Below, piece by piece: positions 58,440-64,000 of a stretch of DNA of 64,000 nucleotides. The notes beneath the pieces are model-generated. The model saw nothing but the letters and a program-made list of their open reading frames with translations, searched no databases and was not told the origin of the DNA. Source of the stretch: Candidatus Entotheonellaceae bacterium (GTDB taxonomy: Bacteria > Tectomicrobia > Entotheonellia > Entotheonellales > Entotheonellaceae); contig OZ250173.1 of assembly GCA_965238075.1 (NCBI GenBank), forward strand, positions 288,001-352,000, given 5' to 3'. Position numbers and translations under genes: made by a program. Every line of letters begins with the position of its first letter. Within the stretch, counting starts at the first letter, position 1.

Positions 58440-59372
58440 TCAGCCATGTTCCGTCCCTGATCCGAAATACGCTGCCGTCCGCGCCAAGCCGTCCGCCAGG
58501 GCCGTTCGCGGCCGCCAATCCAATTGGCGCGTAATCCGATTGATATCCAGAACGCTGCGACGCTGCTCGCCCGCTTTGGCCGGTGCGTACTCAGGATGGG
58601 CTGAGCTACGGGTGAACCCTTTGAGGTGGACGAAGATGTCGTTAATGGAGGTCTCCACGCCGGTGCCGACGTTGAAGGCCCCGTGGGCGTTGGATTGCAT
58701 GGCGAGGACGTTGGCTTCAACCACGTCGTCAACGTATACAAAATCGCGCGTCTGGCAGCCGTCACCATTGATACGCACGGGCTCGCCGCGCAGCAACCGA
58801 TCCGCAAACAGGGCAATCACCCCGGACTCGCCGCGGGTGCTCTGACGCGGACCGTAGACGTTGGCGTACCGGAGCGCTGCGTAAGACAGGCCATGCACGC
58901 TATGGAAGCACCGCAAATAGTGCTCGCAGGCCAGCTTGGCGGCGCCGTAGGGGGAGACGGGTTGCAGGGGATGGGTCTCGTCCGCCGGAAACGTTTCCTG
59001 CTCGCCGTAGATGGCGCCGCCGCTGGAGGCGAAAACGAGGCGTTCAACCCTGTGATGCTGGCAAGCTTCCAGAAGATTGAGCAGGCCGATGACGTTGACC
59101 GACGCGTCGTGTACCGGGTTGGCTACGGAATGCCGCACACTCACTTGCGCCGCATGGTGGAATACAACCTGTGGTCTTTCGTGGGTCAAAATGTCGCTCA
59201 GCGCTTGGCCGTCGCGAATATCCGTTCGGTAAAACGCCGCCTGCGGGTGAACATGCGCCGCGCAGCCGGAAGATAAATCGTCGACGGCAATGGCCTCGTG
59301 GCCATCCGCGATCAGCCGGTCAACGAGATGCGAACCGATAAACCCGGCACCGCCCGTTACCAGAACCTTCAC
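58440..59372 (-). CDS. NAD-dependent epimerase (UDP-glucose 4-epimerase-like)
   Basis: TGGAGFIG, HHAAQ, SSGGAIYG, YGAAK, RYANVYGPR, TRDFVYV. Confidence 0.92.
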   Translation of the reverse strand: MKVLVTGGAGFIGSHLVDRLIADGHEAIAVDDLSSGCAAHVHPQAAFYRTDIRDGQALSDILTHERPQVVFHHAAQVSVRHSVANPVHDASVNVIGLLNLLEACQHHRVERLVFASSGGAIYGEQETFPADETHPLQPVSPYGAAKLACEHYLRCFHSVHGLSYAALRYANVYGPRQSTRGESGVIALFADRLLRGEPVRINGDGCQTRDFVYVDDVVEANVLAMQSNAHGAFNVGTGVETSINDIFVHLKGFTRSSAHPEYAPAKAGEQRRSVLDINRITRQLDWRPRTALADGLARTAAYFGSGTEHG

Positions 59373-60715
59373 TCAGCCGCCTCGACGGAGATTTCCGGCA
59401 GGCGCCATTCCGCCTTGAAGGCGCGTTCCATGGACTGCCGCGCTTCCAGAGCCTCAAAGGTGTCCGGCAGCGTGACGTCCTGCCAGCACACCGGCGAACC
59501 GGCCGCCACGTCGCGCTTCAGGGTAACGCCGTGTGCTAAGCCGATGGGTAGACCGCCGAGCGTCAGGCTGTCGCGGGCCGTCATCAGCCTACCCCACACC
59601 GTATAGCCGCCCTCGCCGTCCAGTACCTCGCCAGCCGAGAGTTGCCGCTTTGCCGTTGCCACCACATCGCCGCGGAAGCCCGTCATGCAGCCGGTCGGCT
59701 CGCGGCGCAGGGCCGCCGAGAAGATGGACACGTTCAACTCCAGGCCGATCAGATGATACGGCTTATACATGGCGGCATAGCGCCCCGTGTCATCGGTGAT
59801 GAGGCCGTACTTCTCGAAACAGTCCGCGGCGTAGGCATTCGGCGCTTCGAACACCACATATACGCCCCAGCGCAGGTCTCGAAATACGGGTCGGCCATCG
59901 CGTTCCATGGATGAAACGACTTCCACTTGCCCCTTATGGTGCAGCAATCCGCCCTCCTCGGCAGGCCGCATGACGTGGGGCAGGTCGTCGGTGCCACACG
60001 GCGGAAACGTCAAGCCGCCGGGTGCCGGCGTCAAGCCGGTGGCGTTGCCAATGGCCGCCATTTCGATGGCCGACTTGGTGCCATCAAGGAAGGAGTTGAA
60101 CATTTGCGAATTCATGCGTGCCGCCTCGGCCTGGGCGGCGGTCAGGCCGTAGTAGTCCCACACCGTGGCCGGCGTCGAGGCGTGATAGACCGGCAAGTAC
60201 TGGGTGCCCTTCCCCGCCGCCGCCACCTCGAAGCCGCACAGGCGGCCCCAGTCCACGAGCTCGCAGGTCAGGGCCGGCTGATCGCCGTAGGCCATCGAGT
60301 ACACGATGCCGGCGGCCTCGGCTTCGCGCGCCAGCAATGGCCCGGCCAGCACGTCCGCCTCCACGTTCACCATGACGATGTCCTTACCTTCGCGCATGGC
60401 TCGTCTGGCGTGGGTCACGCCGGCGGGCGGATGTCCCGTCGCCTCGACCACCACGTCAACATCGTTCGCCGCGATCAGCGTACCGCCATCTTCCACGTAG
60501 CGGGTGCACGCAACGCGCTCCGGCTCCCAGCCGACCGCGGCACAGATGTCCCGCGCCCGCTGGGGGTCGAGGTCGGCAATGACGCTGACCTCCAACCCCT
60601 CGGTGGTCGGCACCTGCGACAGAAACATCGAGCCGAACTTGCCGGCACCGATCAGGCCGACACGCACCGGGCCGTTATCCCGCAATCGCTGCTGCAGAAG
60701 TTGGTTCAGGCTCAT
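59369..60715 (-). CDS. NAD(P)-dependent oxidoreductase, homoserine-dehydrogenase-like with C-terminal SAF domain
   Basis: GLIGAGKFG, VVEATG, MVNVEAD, GDQP, NSFLDGTK, LDGEGGY...LPIGLA. Confidence 0.85.
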   Translation of the reverse strand: MSLNQLLQQRLRDNGPVRVGLIGAGKFGSMFLSQVPTTEGLEVSVIADLDPQRARDICAAVGWEPERVACTRYVEDGGTLIAANDVDVVVEATGHPPAGVTHARRAMREGKDIVMVNVEADVLAGPLLAREAEAAGIVYSMAYGDQPALTCELVDWGRLCGFEVAAAGKGTQYLPVYHASTPATVWDYYGLTAAQAEAARMNSQMFNSFLDGTKSAIEMAAIGNATGLTPAPGGLTFPPCGTDDLPHVMRPAEEGGLLHHKGQVEVVSSMERDGRPVFRDLRWGVYVVFEAPNAYAADCFEKYGLITDDTGRYAAMYKPYHLIGLELNVSIFSAALRREPTGCMTGFRGDVVATAKRQLSAGEVLDGEGGYTVWGRLMTARDSLTLGGLPIGLAHGVTLKRDVAAGSPVCWQDVTLPDTFEALEARQSMERAFKAEWRLPEISVEAAE

Positions 60716-60717
60716 GG

Positions 60718-61524
60718 CTATCCCAGGGCGGGCTGGGCGCTCTCCTGCTCAGCCAACTCCAGCAGGCAGTCGTCCGCGAGAGGTTCGATGGGCGTGAAAT
60801 CCCGGTGGGCGATAAACTCGGGGCGTTTGAATCGGCGGATGTGGTTGTTCACCTCGCACAGGCTGAGATACACGATGGCGCGCCGCCACGGGCTGATGTT
60901 CGGCGGGCTGGCGTGCACCAGATTGCCGTGAAACAGCACGACGTCCCCCGGCGGTCCGGTCGGCGCCACGATGCCGCCCTCATCCGCCAGCCGCGCGATG
61001 GTTTCGCGGTCCAGCGTCCACAGGGGATAGCTGGTGCCCTCAAGGTCATGCCCGGCGGCCAACACGCCGCGCTTGTGACTCTTGGGGATGAACAGGAGGG
61101 GCCCATTGGCAGCCGTGACCTCTTCGAGAAACACGGCGATGTTCATGGCACGCGGCTCCGGCATCTCATCGTCGCGCTGCCACACCCCGTAATCCTGGTG
61201 CCACTGCCAAACCTCGCCGTCAAAGGCCGCCTTGGCGTTGACCTTGTACTGGTGCATGTATACCTGGCCGCCGAGGAGCTGCATGACCGGCTCTACCAAT
61301 CGCGGGTGCCGGCCAAGGCGTCGGAACCCCTCGCTGTACGTGTGCGCCGCGAATGCCGTGCGGGGCGCGCCGCTGGTCTCGCGCCACACCTCTTCGCGCT
61401 GCAGCCCGAACAGCCGCTCGGCCTCTGCCCGCAAAGGAGCAATCTCTTCAGACGTAAATCGACCGGGCAAAAACAGATAGCCCTGCTCGTGATACTCGGC
61501 CAGTTGTGCGTCAGTTAGTTGCAT
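60718..61524 (-). CDS. Fe(II)/2-oxoglutarate dioxygenase, PhyH family (EctD-like)
   Basis: HQYKVNAK, WHQDY (HxD), NGPL, FHGNLVHAS..N...R. Confidence 0.88.
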   Translation of the reverse strand: MQLTDAQLAEYHEQGYLFLPGRFTSEEIAPLRAEAERLFGLQREEVWRETSGAPRTAFAAHTYSEGFRRLGRHPRLVEPVMQLLGGQVYMHQYKVNAKAAFDGEVWQWHQDYGVWQRDDEMPEPRAMNIAVFLEEVTAANGPLLFIPKSHKRGVLAAGHDLEGTSYPLWTLDRETIARLADEGGIVAPTGPPGDVVLFHGNLVHASPPNISPWRRAIVYLSLCEVNNHIRRFKRPEFIAHRDFTPIEPLADDCLLELAEQESAQPALG

Positions 61525-61568
61525 AAGGATACCCTCTCAACTCTATGCCTCGATGGTTCATAATGAAA

Positions 61569-61594
61569 CGGAGCCGGTTGGCGTACCGGCTCCG
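61569..61594 (-). terminator. intrinsic terminator after the cyclase gene
   Basis: cggagccggt/accggctccg 10-bp stem followed by TTTC on the minus strand. Confidence 0.6.
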
Positions 61595-61611
61595 AGATCA
61601 AGGTTTTTGTC

Positions 61612-62673
61612 CTACCAGGCCGCAATCGGATTGCCCGGGGAACCCGTGGCGCCGATAAGCTTGAGCGGCGACCAGGTGAACAGGAACTCGTAGGCCTGTT
61701 CCTGAGACAGAACGTCCAGGTCGAGGTTTTCGAAGTTGGTAATGCCGCGCCGGACGATCAGGTTCATGTGGCAATAGGCGGCGGAATCGGTCTGGATGTT
61801 GGGTCCGATGACCTCCAAGGCCCAGGTGTCAGAACCCACCATGGCGATCTTTTTGTCAGCCAAGTGGTCGCACACTTCCGGGCTCAGTCCGGGTTCGCCG
61901 GAGCCGTGTTCAGCGTTATTTGCCGCGCGCTCCGCGGCCGGCGCATTGTAATCTTTCCACAGGCTGTTCCAGCCGGTGCGAACCAGCACCACATCGCCTA
62001 CGTCCGCGTCGTCAATGCCCTGCGCCTCAAGAGCAGCTCGGTAATCCGCCATGGTGACGGCATAGCCCTTTTCCAAGCGATTGGTACCTTTTAACGCGGC
62101 GACGTCAATCAGGATGCCGCGGGTAAAAAAACCGACTTGGGCCACGTGCTCGGTGCCAACCTTTTTCAACCCGCGCGGATTGCCAACGTCTTCCAGTCGG
62201 AACCGATTATAGAAATAGTTGCCATCTTCCCACCCCGAGACGCCTTGCACACGGATCAATGGGTGTCCCAGACCATCCCACTGCGAACCGACCTGGCCGA
62301 TTTCCGCGGTCAAAATCTCGTCCATAAAGGTCATATCGTAGTTGTCACCGGGCCAACTGAACGGACCATGGGTGGGGGTACCGCCGCCGGGAATGCTCAG
62401 CGCGAACGTGCGACCGGGCACCAACGGCATGCCGTTGTAATAGGGCATGCCCAGCGTGGCGGTCATCCCCTTCTTCACGAGACGCGCTGCCGCAACTCTT
62501 TTCTCCGGTGTGATGCGATTGACTGCCCCAGCTTCATCCTCGGGGCCAAATTCGCTCGGCCACCAGTTTTCGTCCACCGGGTTGTTGCCGGCCAACACAC
62601 TGCCAGGAATCGAGCCAACCACGAACAGGACGACCACTGCGGAGATCAGCGACATTTTACCGAGGTTTCTCAT
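61612..62673 (-). CDS. cyclase (kynurenine formamidase-like) family metal-dependent hydrolase with signal peptide
   Basis: QVGSQWDGLGH, TRGILIDV, GDVVLVRTGW, VGSDTW, H...ENL, GATGSP. Confidence 0.85.
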   Translation of the reverse strand: MRNLGKMSLISAVVVLFVVGSIPGSVLAGNNPVDENWWPSEFGPEDEAGAVNRITPEKRVAAARLVKKGMTATLGMPYYNGMPLVPGRTFALSIPGGGTPTHGPFSWPGDNYDMTFMDEILTAEIGQVGSQWDGLGHPLIRVQGVSGWEDGNYFYNRFRLEDVGNPRGLKKVGTEHVAQVGFFTRGILIDVAALKGTNRLEKGYAVTMADYRAALEAQGIDDADVGDVVLVRTGWNSLWKDYNAPAAERAANNAEHGSGEPGLSPEVCDHLADKKIAMVGSDTWALEVIGPNIQTDSAAYCHMNLIVRRGITNFENLDLDVLSQEQAYEFLFTWSPLKLIGATGSPGNPIAAW

Positions 62674-62760
62674 GTTCCCATTCTCCTCATCCCTTGCGAT
62701 AGATCCGTCGACAGAGAGACGGTTGTCCTTGTCAGAAGACAACGCACTTGACGGCGCTTG

Positions 62761-62789
62761 TTGTAGCATACGGACACCTGCATTACAAT
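62761..62789 (+). promoter_or_regulatory. putative sigma70 promoter
   Basis: TTGTAG-17 nt-TACAAT. Confidence 0.45.
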
Positions 62790-62870
62790 AATCCGGAATT
62801 CCACAAGCTCGCTATGTTCAGCCGCGTCCGCCGCGCGCTGCATCTCCCACACGACCGAGAGGAAAAGCCG

Positions 62871-63137
62871 ATGGCCAGGCAATGGACCCACACCCGGCAG
62901 GCACTGCAGCAACTCCGTCCAGCCGTCGCGGCCGCCTACCTCACCCGGCTGGCCATCAACGGCCCGCAGATTTACGCCAAAGCGCGCACCCTGCTGGCGC
63001 AATACCCCCTCCAAGACGACCGCTTCAAAATCCACATGATCAACTATCTGCGACAAACCCTGCCGGGCAGCATGGATACGGTTTACGAGGCCCTCTTGCA
63101 GGACATCATGGCCGACAAGGCGCAATTGGAAGCATGA
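62871..63137 (+). CDS. hypothetical protein
   Basis: GAGG RBS before ATG; codon usage fits; start may be 62814. Confidence 0.55.
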   Translation: MARQWTHTRQALQQLRPAVAAAYLTRLAINGPQIYAKARTLLAQYPLQDDRFKIHMINYLRQTLPGSMDTVYEALLQDIMADKAQLEA

Positions 63138-63185
63138 ACCCCTGGTGTTTGGCGCGCGTCGAACGCCGATAGCAAGGAGTGAAGC

Positions 63186-63827
63186 ATGATTTTTGAACAG
63201 ATCGATGCCGGCGGCGACCGCAATTTCAGCTACCTGATCGGCGACGACGGGAACCGCACGTGCGCGGTCGTGGACCCCGGCTATGACACCTCGAAGCTTG
63301 AGGCGCGCGTCAAGGACCTCGGCTTGCAGGTGACCCATATTTTCAACACCCACACGCACCACGATCACGTCGCCGGCAACGGCGTCTTTCACACCGAAGG
63401 CGTCAAACTCGCCGCGTACAAGGACGCCAGCGTCAATCCGGACATCAAGCTGGACCACGGCAGCACCGTGCAGGTGGGGAGCAATACGGTGGAGGTGCTG
63501 TTCACACCGGGCCACTATCTGGATTCCATCTGCCTGTTGGTGAACGGCAAGCTGATGACCGGCGACACGCTGTTCGTCGGCTGCATCGGCGGCTCCGGCT
63601 TCCAGGGCAGCAGCGCCGAGAAGCAGCATCACAGCCTACTTGACGTCATCATGAAGCTGGACGACGCGGTCGAGGTCTACCCTGGCCACGATTACGGCCC
63701 GGCACCGTCCTCAACGATTGGCAACGAACGCGCCAACAACCCATTCTTGCACCGCACCGACTTGCAGGAATTCATGTGGCTGAAGGAAAACTGGGACGCC
63801 TACAAGGCCGAGCACGACATCCCATAA
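63186..63827 (+). CDS. metallo-beta-lactamase fold hydrolase (glyoxalase II-like)
   Basis: THTHHDH, TPGH, GDTLF, YPGHDY, NPFL. Confidence 0.9.
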   Translation: MIFEQIDAGGDRNFSYLIGDDGNRTCAVVDPGYDTSKLEARVKDLGLQVTHIFNTHTHHDHVAGNGVFHTEGVKLAAYKDASVNPDIKLDHGSTVQVGSNTVEVLFTPGHYLDSICLLVNGKLMTGDTLFVGCIGGSGFQGSSAEKQHHSLLDVIMKLDDAVEVYPGHDYGPAPSSTIGNERANNPFLHRTDLQEFMWLKENWDAYKAEHDIP

Positions 63828-63857
63828 AACGCGCTGGCGATTCAAGGGGGCATGGAT

Positions 63858-64000
63858 ATGGCACTGACGGGGCTGGTTCTGGCCAAGCCGCGCGGCTTTT
63901 GCGCCGGGGTGGACCGAGCCATTGACATCGTCGAGCAAGCGTTGGAGGTCTTCGGCAAGCCGGTTTATGTGCGCAGGGAGATTGTGCACAACCGGCACGT
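63858..64000 (+). CDS. ispH: 4-hydroxy-3-methylbut-2-enyl diphosphate reductase (3' truncated by window edge)
   Basis: [17 protein letters not shown]...[12 protein letters not shown]; alternative start 63852. Confidence 0.93.
   Translation, partial: MALTGLVLAKPRGFCAGVDRAIDIVEQALEVFGKPVYVRREIVHNRH

Noticed and set aside
60718-61524. Calling the dioxygenase ectD
   Set aside because: Signature deviates and no ectoine synthesis genes are adjacent; left at family level.

Overview
GC-rich bacterial chromosome segment. The gene content suggests a diderm, possibly deltaproteobacterial-grade lineage, but that is inference only. The core block (about 19.7-35.6 kb) holds tRNA-Glu, tRNA-Lys, ilvE, a Fis-type regulator, an N-terminal-only glmU, pcrA, gatCAB, polA, tRNA-Ala and clpB; dusA and ispH lie further right. 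Around it are many catabolic or accessory enzymes: hydrolases, SDR, LLM oxidoreductase, mandelate racemase, P450, a peptide ABC transporter, Tat-signal enzymes, HmuY and an EctD-like dioxygenase operon. The most unusual part is 0.9-12.1 kb. An M20 amidohydrolase is tandemly duplicated, and each copy is followed by a diverged stub of the prpB 5' end. About 3.8 kb of decaying cargo (ParE-Phd toxin-antitoxin with a scrambled toxin, HAD pseudogene, tandem-repeat protein, MITE) lies between the last stub and the intact prpB. The prpB operon then runs into a restriction-modification pair whose endonuclease seems to start at ATT, in frame behind the methylase stop codon. Several REP/MITE elements (one with a perfect 8-bp target duplication) and several frameshifted genes are visible. 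No CRISPR array, rRNA, integrase or transposase was seen.
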